Of a DNA stretch of 49,982 nucleotides, positions 9,661 to 17,476 are shown in pieces. A program made the position numbers and the translations under genes. Below the pieces are notes generated by a model. That model searched no databases. It was not told the origin of the DNA and saw only the letters and a program-made list of their open reading frames with translations. This DNA comes from Acidimicrobiales bacterium (GTDB lineage: Bacteria > Actinomycetota > Acidimicrobiia > Acidimicrobiales > AC-14), in the NCBI GenBank assembly GCA_051003575.1, contig JBPCLE010000208.1:1-49982 (forward strand), given 5' to 3'. Within the stretch, counting starts at the first letter, position 1, and each line of letters begins with the position of its first letter.

Positions 9661-12129
9661 ATGCGGACGATCACCTTCTACTCCTACAAGGGGGGGACGG
9701 GCCGCACGCTCCTGATGGCCAACATGGCGGTGCTGGCCGCCGGGCTGGGCCGGAAGGTGGTGGCGCTCGACTTCGACCTCGAAGCGCCCGGTCTGCCCTA
9801 CAAGCTGTTCCCTGGTACCCCGCCCCGAGCCGACGGCCTGGTGCGCTGGCTGCTCGACACGGTGGGCCCCGGCCCGTCCCCGTCGTCGCTCGACGACTAC
9901 CTGGTCGACGTGCCGCTGGCGGGCGGGGTGCGCGCCGGCGGGTGGCTCAAGCTCATGCCCGCAGGCCGGGCACCGTCACCCAACTACTTCCAGGACCTGC
10001 GCCGCCTCCAGCTCGACCGGCGCCTCGACGACTACTCCGCCCTCGACGCCTTGGTCGACCTCCAGGAGCGCCTTGCCGATGATCTCGAGGCTGACTACCT
10101 GCTGATCGACGCCCGGACGGGCATCACGTCGACTAACAAGGTGACAACCCACGTGCTGGCCGACGAGGTGGTGGCCCTCACCCTCGACACGCCCGAGCAG
10201 CTCGACGGCACCCGGAGCGTGCTGCGCAGCCTGGTGCCCATGGTGTCGGTGCGCACCGAGAAGCCCATCGACCTGCATGTGGCGGTGAGCCGGGTGGCCC
10301 CCCGTCCGGCCGGCGCCGGCATCTACGCGGCGACGGACGGCGAGCGTTCGATGCAGGAGGGCATCGTGGCGTTCCTCACCGAGCCGGCGCAGCCGGTGCG
10401 CAACACGATCGACCTCGACCGGGTCCACCTGCTCCACACCGACCTCCGCCTGAACCGATCTGAGACCCTGTTCTGCGCCGGGCCGGGGGACTGGACTCGC
10501 TCGGCGTTGCAAGTCGACTACCAGCGGGTGGCGGCCGCCCTCTTCGGGCCTGCGGTCATGGATGCCGCGGTCGAGGCCATGGCGGCCGCCGACCCGGGCC
10601 GCCGGATCGAGCTGGGCCACTTCTTCGCCTCGCCCGAGATGGTGATAGACGCCCGCGGCGAACAGCTCAGCGAGCGGCCCGACCCCCGGAGCGCGGATGT
10701 CGGCCTTGAGGACCAGGTGGCCCTGCTGCGGGCGTCGGCCGGGACCGACCCCACCGTGGTCCCCGATCTGGCGGCCCTCCTCCTGCGGGTGTCACGGCAG
10801 CTCCGCGAGCTCGGGCGGCGGGAGGAGGCGGTCGCACCCGCCGAGGAGGCGGTCGAGCACTATCGAGGGCTGGCCGCCACCAACCCCGACCGGTTCGAGT
10901 CGGGCCTGGCCGGCGCGCTGAACGACCTGTCGGTCCGCCTGGGCGCGGTGGGCCGGTGGGAGGAGGGCCTGGCTGCCAGCGAGGCGGCGGTCGAGGTGTA
11001 CCAACGGCTGGCAGCGACCAACCCTGCGGCCTTTGAGCCCGACCTGGCCGCCTCGCTCAACAACCTCTCGGTTCGGCTGGGCGCGGCGGGCCGGCAGGAG
11101 GAGGGTCTGGCCACGAGCGAGGCGGTAGTCGAGGTGTTCCGGCGGTTGGCCTCGGCCAACCCGGCGGCGTACGAGGCCGATCTCGCCCTGGCGCTCAACA
11201 ACCTGTCGAACGGCCTGGGCGAGGCGGGCCGGCGTTGGGAGGGCCTGGCCGCCATCGAGGAGGCAGTGGCGGTGTACCGCCGACTGGCCTCGGCCAACCC
11301 GGCGGCCCATGAGCCCTACCTGGCCGTCTCGCTCAACAACCTGTCGAACCGCCTGGGCGAGGCGGGCCGGCGGGAGGAGAGCCTGGCCGCCATCGTGGAG
11401 GCAGTGGCGGTGCGCCGCCGGCTGGCGGCGGCCGATCCGGCCGCCCATGAGCCCGATCTGGCCCGCTCGCTCAATAGCCTGTCTGTTCACCCGGGCGAAA
11501 TGGACCGGCAGGAAGTTGGACTGACTGCCGGCGACGAGGCGGTGGGGATGTACCGCCGACCGGCGGCGGCCGGCCCCGCGGCCTACGAGCCCGATCTGGC
11601 GATGTCGCTCAACAACCTCTCGAACCGCCTGGGCGAGGCGGGTCGGCGGGAGGAGAGCCTGGCCGCCATCGAGGAGGCGGTGGCGGTGTACCGCCGGCTG
11701 GCGGCGGCCAACCCTGCGGCGCACCTGCCCGACCTGGCCATTTCGCTCAACAACCTCTCGAACCGACTGGCCGAGGCGGGCCGACGCTACGAGGGCCTGG
11801 CCGCCATCGAGGAGGCGGTGGAGGTCCGCCGCCGGCTGGCTGCCGCCAACCCGGCCGCCTACGAGCCCGACCTGGCGACGTCGCTCAACAACCTGTCGAA
11901 CCGCCTGGGCGAGGCGGGCCGGCGCGACGAGGGCCTGGCCGCCATCACCGAAGCGGTGGAGGTGCGCCGCCGGCTGGCCGCCGCCAACCGGGCGGCCTTC
12001 GAACCCGACCTGGCCCGCTCGCTCAACAATCTGGCCACCCGCTTGGGCGAGGTGGGCCGAGACGACGAGTCTGCGCAGGCCCGGCAAGAGGCCGAGGCCA
12101 TCGAACGGCGGCTGCTTACCTCGCCATGA
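9661..12129 (+). CDS. ParA/MinD-like P-loop ATPase with a 'KGGTGR' deviant Walker A, fused to a ~10-unit TPR-like repeat domain (822 aa)
   Basis: N-terminal 'TFYSYKGGTGRT' (Walker A, with Arg in place of the second Lys; aag 9688 and cgc 9703). 'ALDFDLEAPGL' (A'-like) and 'YLLIDARTGI' (Walker B). The C-terminal half is ten 46-aa repeats of the 'PDLAxSLNNLSNRLGEAGRREEGLAAIEEAVAVYRRLAAANPAAHE' type. Confidence 0.85.
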   Translation: MRTITFYSYKGGTGRTLLMANMAVLAAGLGRKVVALDFDLEAPGLPYKLFPGTPPRADGLVRWLLDTVGPGPSPSSLDDYLVDVPLAGGVRAGGWLKLMPAGRAPSPNYFQDLRRLQLDRRLDDYSALDALVDLQERLADDLEADYLLIDARTGITSTNKVTTHVLADEVVALTLDTPEQLDGTRSVLRSLVPMVSVRTEKPIDLHVAVSRVAPRPAGAGIYAATDGERSMQEGIVAFLTEPAQPVRNTIDLDRVHLLHTDLRLNRSETLFCAGPGDWTRSALQVDYQRVAAALFGPAVMDAAVEAMAAADPGRRIELGHFFASPEMVIDARGEQLSERPDPRSADVGLEDQVALLRASAGTDPTVVPDLAALLLRVSRQLRELGRREEAVAPAEEAVEHYRGLAATNPDRFESGLAGALNDLSVRLGAVGRWEEGLAASEAAVEVYQRLAATNPAAFEPDLAASLNNLSVRLGAAGRQEEGLATSEAVVEVFRRLASANPAAYEADLALALNNLSNGLGEAGRRWEGLAAIEEAVAVYRRLASANPAAHEPYLAVSLNNLSNRLGEAGRREESLAAIVEAVAVRRRLAAADPAAHEPDLARSLNSLSVHPGEMDRQEVGLTAGDEAVGMYRRPAAAGPAAYEPDLAMSLNNLSNRLGEAGRREESLAAIEEAVAVYRRLAAANPAAHLPDLAISLNNLSNRLAEAGRRYEGLAAIEEAVEVRRRLAAANPAAYEPDLATSLNNLSNRLGEAGRRDEGLAAITEAVEVRRRLAAANRAAFEPDLARSLNNLATRLGEVGRDDESAQARQEAEAIERRLLTSP
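10762..12126 (+). repeat. In-frame 138-bp (46-aa) tandem repeat array, ten units, encoding the TPR-like solenoid
   Basis: Unit starts occur every 138 nt from 10762 (10900, 11038, 11176, 11314, 11452, 11590, 11728, 11866, 12004). Units 4, 5, 7, 8 and 9 share long near-identical DNA stretches. Unit 6 is divergent. Confidence 0.9.
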
Positions 12130-12138
12130 GTCACCGGT

Positions 12139-12357
12139 TCAGAACGTGAGCTGGAGCGTGAAGCGCCAGAACCACCACGTGAAGATGATGCATGCGATGC
12201 CGAGGATGAGCAGGAGGAAGGCCATCAACGACAGGGCCACGGCCCGGCCGGTCGGTAGTTGCGGGTCGCACATCCTGACGCCGGCCAGGCCGGCGCCGGC
12301 CAACGAAACCGCGCCGAACACGGCGACTGCGGCGACCCTGACCGCGCTGGCGTCCAT
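12139..12357 (-). CDS. Small two-TM membrane protein (72 aa), paralog A
   Basis: 'MDASAVRVAAVAVFGAVSLAGAGLAG...LSLMAFLLLILGIACIIFTWWFWRFTLQLTF'. Start set at ATG 12357. Same architecture and C-terminal motif as the neighbouring gene. Confidence 0.6.
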   Translation of the reverse strand: MDASAVRVAAVAVFGAVSLAGAGLAGVRMCDPQLPTGRAVALSLMAFLLLILGIACIIFTWWFWRFTLQLTF

Positions 12358-12424
12358 GCACCCAATGCTCCGCCACCAGCGGCCCGCCGACCATGGGGGT
12401 TTGCCCTCATCGCCGCGAATCCCC

Positions 12425-12631
12425 TCAGAACGTGAAGTTCTCGGTGAAGTCCCACATCCAGTAGCCGACGAGGGCGATGAAGAGGGCGACGAGGAGCAGG
12501 AGGCCGGCGAGGATCGACAGCTCGACCCGGCGAGCCGTCGGGGCCTCGGGTGCGGTGGCCTTGGCGACGGCGGCGTACGCACCGGCGAGCGGCAGGGCGG
12601 CGACGAGCAGGGAAACGACGATGAACTCCAT
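12425..12631 (-). CDS. Small two-TM membrane protein (68 aa), paralog B
   Basis: 'MEFIVVSLLVAALPLAGAYAAV...LSILAGLLLLVALFIALVGYWMWDFTENFTF'. Start set at ATG 12631. Confidence 0.6.
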   Translation of the reverse strand: MEFIVVSLLVAALPLAGAYAAVAKATAPEAPTARRVELSILAGLLLLVALFIALVGYWMWDFTENFTF

Positions 12632-12770
12632 GGGCCCATCGTCCGCCCCGGCCCGGCACGGGGCCATGGGGGCTGGCCCTCAATCTGAGGTCGCCGGCGC
12701 CATGGGCGTCGCCGCGTCGGCTGATCACCGTCGGCGTGGAGGTGCCCGGCTCGCGAAACGGTGGGCCTAA

Positions 12771-12858
12771 TCGACGATTTGGCTCACACTTGGTGCTTGT
12801 ACGACGATAAACTGCACCAGATCATCGTTATCTGACAATTTCTTGCGGGAGGGAGCCC
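12771..12858 (+). promoter_or_regulatory. AT-rich leader/promoter region of the Fic gene
   Basis: I counted 37 G+C in 80 nt (46%) over 12771-12850, against roughly 70% in the flanks. It contains an imperfect palindrome 'ttgtacgacgataa...ttatctgacaa' and the RBS 'gggaggga' before GTG 12859. Confidence 0.4.
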
Positions 12859-14343
12859 GTGGAAGCAGAGGAGATCATCTTCGCGGGTCAGGAGACTTCG
12901 TCGCGACTGTCCCGCCGGGTTGGCCGCGGCGACCTGCGCCGGCTCGCCGCCGGCGTCTACACCACCAACCTGCACGATCCCGCCGCGCAGGTGTGTCGCC
13001 GTAATTGGATAGGAATCACTGCGCACTTCTGTCCCGGCGCCGTCATCGCCGACCGATCGGCTCGTACCGGCCAGCCCGAGCCCGACGGGAGCCTCTTCGT
13101 GGTGGCCGAGCGCGCCCGTCCCGTTCGCCTTCCCGGCCTCACGGTCAACCCCCGCCCCGGTCTCGGTCCGCAGGGCGACGACATGGCGTACCCCCACGGG
13201 CTTTGGATGAGCTCCCGCCCACGAGCGCTGGTCGAGAACCAACGGACATCGCGGTCAGTGAAGGGCCGGCCGTCTCGGACCCTGAGCGAGGCCGAGCTCG
13301 GCGACTGGATCGACTCCCTGGTGCGCAGCTTCAGCGCCGACAAGGTGGCAGAGATGAGACGCCGCGCCCAGGCGATCGCCGAGGAGTCAGGCCTGAAGGA
13401 GGCCGGACGACGAACGAATCGGATGATCGGCGCCGCGCTGCAGACGCAGAGCCTTCCGACGGCTTCACCGCTTCTGTCGGCCCGGCAGACAGGCGTTCCC
13501 TACGACCCTGCTCGGGAGCAGCTGTTCGATCGGCTCCATGACGCTCTCCAGGCCAGCGCGCCGATGACGATCATCGCGTGGGCGGACGACGCGGAGCGGC
13601 GGGCGACGCTGCCGTTCTGGGAGGCGTACTTCTCGAACTTCATCGAGGGGACCGAGTTCACCGTCGACGAGGCGGTGGCCATCGTCTACGACAACCGAAT
13701 CCCGGCTGGGCGCCCGTTGGATGCCCACGACATCGTCGATACCTACCGCGTGCTCGCTGACGACACGGAGATGAGCCAACGCCCCTCGACGTTCGCCGAG
13801 TTCGAGGAGACGCTTCTTCGTCGCCATCGCCGGATCATGCTGGCCCGTCCCGACGTCGGTCCGGGCGCGTACAAGGAGTCACCCAATCGGGCTGGCACGA
13901 CGTTGTTCGTGGCCCCCGAACTCGTTCGGGGCACCCTTCTTCGTGGCTGGGACCGCCTCTCGCAGCTCGCCAACCCCGTTCACCGCGCCTTCTTCGCCAT
14001 GTTCCTGGTCGCCGAGGTCCATCCGTTCGCTGACGGCAACGGACGCACTGCACGCATCATGATGAACTCCGAGCTTCACGCCGCCGGCGAAGGTCGTGCC
14101 ATCATCCCGATCGTCTACCGGAACGAGTACCTCGACGCGCTCCGCAGACTGAGCCGCGAGGGCGATCCTGGGCTTCTGCTTCGTGTGCTGGACTTTGGCC
14201 GCCGGTACACGGCGGCCATCGACTTCTCGGCCATCGACGTCTCGCGCCAGCAGCTCGATGCGACCAATGCCTTCATCTCGCCGGACGAGGCATTGACGCG
14301 CGGCCGATACCTCACGATCCCTGGCGCCGCCGACTCTCCCTGA
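12859..14343 (+). CDS. Fic/DOC family protein with an AbiEi-like N-terminal domain
   Basis: Fic motif 'HPFADGNGRTAR' (14020-14055). Internal inhibitory-helix motif 'SNFIEG' (13633-13650). The N-terminal 'SSRLSRRVGRGDLRRLAAGVYT' resembles the wHTH N-domain of AbiEi antitoxins. Confidence 0.88.
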   Translation: MEAEEIIFAGQETSSRLSRRVGRGDLRRLAAGVYTTNLHDPAAQVCRRNWIGITAHFCPGAVIADRSARTGQPEPDGSLFVVAERARPVRLPGLTVNPRPGLGPQGDDMAYPHGLWMSSRPRALVENQRTSRSVKGRPSRTLSEAELGDWIDSLVRSFSADKVAEMRRRAQAIAEESGLKEAGRRTNRMIGAALQTQSLPTASPLLSARQTGVPYDPAREQLFDRLHDALQASAPMTIIAWADDAERRATLPFWEAYFSNFIEGTEFTVDEAVAIVYDNRIPAGRPLDAHDIVDTYRVLADDTEMSQRPSTFAEFEETLLRRHRRIMLARPDVGPGAYKESPNRAGTTLFVAPELVRGTLLRGWDRLSQLANPVHRAFFAMFLVAEVHPFADGNGRTARIMMNSELHAAGEGRAIIPIVYRNEYLDALRRLSREGDPGLLLRVLDFGRRYTAAIDFSAIDVSRQQLDATNAFISPDEALTRGRYLTIPGAADSP

Positions 14344-14493
14344 CGACCGGCGCCGCCTGTACCGGCGGCTGTCGAGCAGGACGACACGAGCAGGGCTTCG
14401 ATGGGCCGATGGTCGTTATGCCCGAGGACGGGAGCCACGGTGGTTGGCCCCCGATCCACCCGGTTCAAGGTCAGCGGCCGATCGGTCGACAAC

Positions 14494-15513
14494 ATGAGCA
14501 GGCGAGCCGGCATCGGACGGCGCCGGCCCGGTGATCGCCGGGCGGGAGGTGGGACGGACGTGGCATCGGCGCTCAGAGGACCGTGGAGCAGGTTTCGCTC
14601 GCTGGCCGGATGGATGCAACTGGCGCTCGGCGTCGTGACGGCCATGGTCCTGCTGTCGCCGTTCACCTCCGATGGGGTGCAGACCGTGGCCGCCGGCGGT
14701 ACGCCGGCGACGAACAGTGTCGTCACGACCGCGGTCCTTGTCACCAAGACCGCGCCCGCCACAGCACCGGCGCCGACCGCGATCCCCGCCGGCGAGGACA
14801 CCGCGGTGGTGCGGGTCGTCGACGGCGACACGATCATGGTCACCGGCGGCACGCGGGTCCGACTCATCGGCATCGACACACCCGAGACGGTCGACCCGTC
14901 GAGCCCGGTCCAGTGCTTCGGGCCCGAGGCGACCCGGTACGCGAACGCGCTCCTACCCGTCGGCACCCCGATCCGGCTCGTCTACGACGTCGAGCGCCTC
15001 GACCGCTACGGGCGGACCCTGGCCTACGTCTACCGGACGGGTGACGGCGTCTTCGTGAATCTCGCCATGGCCCGCGACGGCCTTGCCGCGCAGCTCACCG
15101 TCCCCCCGAACGTCGCCCATGCCGAGGAGATCCGGGTGGCCGTGGCTGAGGCCCGTACCGCCAACCTCGGGCTCTGGGCCGCGTGCCCGCCGGCGGCGGC
15201 CGTGGCCCCGGTCCCGACAACGCGTGCCCCGATCGCGCCGTCGCCCACGACCGCCGCCCTGGCACCGAGGCTCGTGGCCCCGACGCCGACCACGGCGGCG
15301 CCGAGGCCGACCACCACGCCCGCGGCGCCGGCGAGCGGGTGCCACCCGTCCTACGCCGGCGCCTGCGTGCCCATGGGGTTCTCCGACGTCGACTGCGCCG
15401 GCGGCAGCGGCAACGGGCCGGGCTACGTCAGCGCCAAGAACTTCCAGGTGGTCGGGCCTGACCTCTACCGGCTCGACTCCGACGGGGACGGGATCGCCTG
15501 CGAGTCGAGGTGA
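14494..15513 (+). CDS. Secreted thermonuclease (SNase fold) with a P/T/A-rich linker and a C-terminal Excalibur Ca-binding domain
   Basis: 'VRVVDGDTIMV...RVRLIGIDTPE', 'DRYGRTLAYVY' and 'GLWAACP' (SNase). 'LDSDGDGIACE' (Excalibur). Signal/TM 'WMQLALGVVTAMVLL'. The ORF opens at 14401; ATG 14494 is preferred. Confidence 0.85.
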   Translation: MSRRAGIGRRRPGDRRAGGGTDVASALRGPWSRFRSLAGWMQLALGVVTAMVLLSPFTSDGVQTVAAGGTPATNSVVTTAVLVTKTAPATAPAPTAIPAGEDTAVVRVVDGDTIMVTGGTRVRLIGIDTPETVDPSSPVQCFGPEATRYANALLPVGTPIRLVYDVERLDRYGRTLAYVYRTGDGVFVNLAMARDGLAAQLTVPPNVAHAEEIRVAVAEARTANLGLWAACPPAAAVAPVPTTRAPIAPSPTTAALAPRLVAPTPTTAAPRPTTTPAAPASGCHPSYAGACVPMGFSDVDCAGGSGNGPGYVSAKNFQVVGPDLYRLDSDGDGIACESR

Positions 15514-15532
15514 CCTCGGCTCGGCCCGGCCG

Positions 15533-15871
15533 TCACTCGGCCTGCATCGCCCCGTGCGCGGCTCCATGGGCCACGACGGCCGCCAGCCCGCCCGCCACCA
15601 GCAGCGGGAGCCCGATCGAGAAGATGGCCAGGATCCCGACAGCTAGGAGGCCGGCGGCCGCCGGCCACAACAACGCGGCCCGCCGACGCGGGGTCACGCG
15701 CAGCGAGCCGAGCCCGATGGCCACGCCGGCGGCGCCGATGACCACGAGGAAGTGCATGACCACGCCGACGATCGGGTCGTCGCCCTCAGCCAGGATGATG
15801 GAGAGGTACGCCACCTCCATGACCAGGGCGATGCCGGCCCCGACGAGGCCCGCAGGAGACGACTTGAGCAT
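15533..15871 (-). CDS. Hypothetical membrane protein (112 aa, ~4 TM)
   Basis: Hydrophobic helices such as '[20 protein letters not shown]', '[18 protein letters not shown]' and '[22 protein letters not shown]'. Confidence 0.6.
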   Translation of the reverse strand: MLKSSPAGLVGAGIALVMEVAYLSIILAEGDDPIVGVVMHFLVVIGAAGVAIGLGSLRVTPRRRAALLWPAAAGLLAVGILAIFSIGLPLLVAGGLAAVVAHGAAHGAMQAE

Positions 15872-15928
15872 TTGCTCAACAGGCTACGAGCTACCCCAGG
15901 GAGATCGCCAGTCCTGGTAGCCTGGTCA

Positions 15929-17461
15929 ATGGCTTTCGACAATGTGCTGGTCGTCGACTTCGGCGCCCAGTACGCGCAGCTCATCGCCCGCAGAGTGCGC
16001 GAGGCGCACGTGTACAGCGAGATCGTGCCCCGCACCATGCCGCTGGCCGAGATGCTGGCCCGCAAGCCGGCCGGCATCATCCTGAGCGGGGGCCCCGCAT
16101 CGGTGCACGTGCCGGGCGCACCCACCATCGACGAGGCGATCTACGACAGCGGCGTGCCCGTCCTGGGCATCTGCTACGGCGCCCAGCTCGTCGCCCAGCA
16201 GCTCTGCGGCGAGGTGGCCCGCACCGGCGCGGCCGAGTACGGCCGCACCGCCCTGTATGTCACCGGGTCGTCGAACCTCTTCGCCGGCCTGCCCGCGGAG
16301 CAGGACGTGTGGATGAGCCACGCCGACTCCATCGTTCGCGCGCCGGCGGGGTTCAAGGTCACGGCCCAGACCGCCGCCGTGCCCATCGCGGCAATGGAGG
16401 ACCCCGACCGGGGCGTCTACGCGGTGCAGTTCCACCCCGAGGTGGCCCACACCGCCCGGGGCCAGGAGGTGCTCAAGCACTTCCTCTACGAGGTGTGCGA
16501 GTGCCTGCCCCGCTGGACGATGACATCGATCGTCGAGCAGGCGGTGCAGGCCATCCGGGCCCAGGTCGGCAACGAGAAGGTGATCTGCGGGCTCTCCGGC
16601 GGGGTCGACTCAGCGGTGGCCGCGGCGCTGGTGCACAAGGCGGTAGGTGACCAGCTCACGTGCGTCTTCGTCGACACCGGCCTGATGCGGGCCGGCGAGG
16701 CCGAACAGGTGGAGGACACCTTCCGCCGGCAGTTCCAGGTGGACCTCGTGCACGTGAAGGCGGCCGATCGTTTCCTGGAGGCGCTGCACGACGTCGACGA
16801 CCCGGAGCAGAAGCGCAAGGCCATCGGCGCCACCTTCATCCGGGTCTTCGAGGAGGTGGCCACCGATTTCGAGGACGCCCGATTCCTCGTCCAGGGCACG
16901 CTGTACCCCGACATCATCGAGTCGGGCACCAAGGACGCGGCCCGCATCAAGTCTCACCACAACGTGGGCGGCCTGCCCGACGACCTCAAGTTCGACCTGG
17001 TCGAGCCGCTGCGCAACCTGTTCAAGGACGAGGTGCGCGCCGTCGGCGAGGAGCTGGGCCTGCCCGAGGAGATCGTGTGGCGCCAGCCCTTCCCCGGGCC
17101 GGGGCTGGCGGTGCGCATCGTGGGCACGGTCACGCCGGAGCGGCTGGAGATCCTGCGACAGGCCGACGCCATCGTGATCGAGGAGATCAGACGGGCCGGG
17201 GTGTACGCCGAGCTGTGGCAGAGCTTCGCCGTGCTGCTCGCCATCCGCACCGTCGGCGTGATGGGCGACGAGCGGACCTACGCCTACCCGGTCGTCGTGC
17301 GGGCCGTCGTGAGCGACGATGCCATGACCGCCGACTGGGCCCGCCTGCCCCACGATCTGCTGGAAGCCCTGTCGAGCCGCATCATCGCCGAGGTCCCCGG
17401 CGTGAACCGGGTGGCCCTTGATATCACCTCCAAGCCCCCCGGCACCATCGAGTGGGAGTAG
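15929..17461 (+). CDS. guaA: GMP synthase (glutamine-hydrolysing)
   Basis: '[20 protein letters not shown]', 'GICYGAQL', 'FHPEV' (GATase), 'GLSGGVDS' (PP-loop), and the C-terminal '...PPGTIEWE'. Start at ATG 15929. Confidence 0.96.
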   Translation: MAFDNVLVVDFGAQYAQLIARRVREAHVYSEIVPRTMPLAEMLARKPAGIILSGGPASVHVPGAPTIDEAIYDSGVPVLGICYGAQLVAQQLCGEVARTGAAEYGRTALYVTGSSNLFAGLPAEQDVWMSHADSIVRAPAGFKVTAQTAAVPIAAMEDPDRGVYAVQFHPEVAHTARGQEVLKHFLYEVCECLPRWTMTSIVEQAVQAIRAQVGNEKVICGLSGGVDSAVAAALVHKAVGDQLTCVFVDTGLMRAGEAEQVEDTFRRQFQVDLVHVKAADRFLEALHDVDDPEQKRKAIGATFIRVFEEVATDFEDARFLVQGTLYPDIIESGTKDAARIKSHHNVGGLPDDLKFDLVEPLRNLFKDEVRAVGEELGLPEEIVWRQPFPGPGLAVRIVGTVTPERLEILRQADAIVIEEIRRAGVYAELWQSFAVLLAIRTVGVMGDERTYAYPVVVRAVVSDDAMTADWARLPHDLLEALSSRIIAEVPGVNRVALDITSKPPGTIEWE

Positions 17462-17476
17462 GCCACTTCACGAACC

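Noticed and set aside
10792-12087. 431-aa minus-strand ORF antisense to the TPR repeats
   Set aside because: It stays open only because the repeat unit lacks stop codons on the antisense strand. The sense frame gives a coherent TPR-like consensus contiguous with the ATPase domain.
10762-12126. Regular 138-bp repeats as a possible CRISPR array or non-coding satellite
   Set aside because: The period is a multiple of 3, there are no spacer-like unique segments, and the repeats are in frame within a single long ORF. It is a protein repeat domain.
12139-12631. Small proteins ending in ...FTF/...LTF as FxSxx-COOH-type RiPP precursors linked to a TPR protein
   Set aside because: The C-termini do not fit F-x-S-x-x-COOH. 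No radical-SAM/SPASM maturase is nearby. Both proteins are dominated by TM helices, unlike leader/core peptides.
8331-15928. The accessory block as an integrated mobile element or prophage remnant
   Set aside because: No integrase, recombinase, transposase, tRNA target, terminal inverted repeats or flanking direct repeats were seen. GC content looks native apart from one promoter region.
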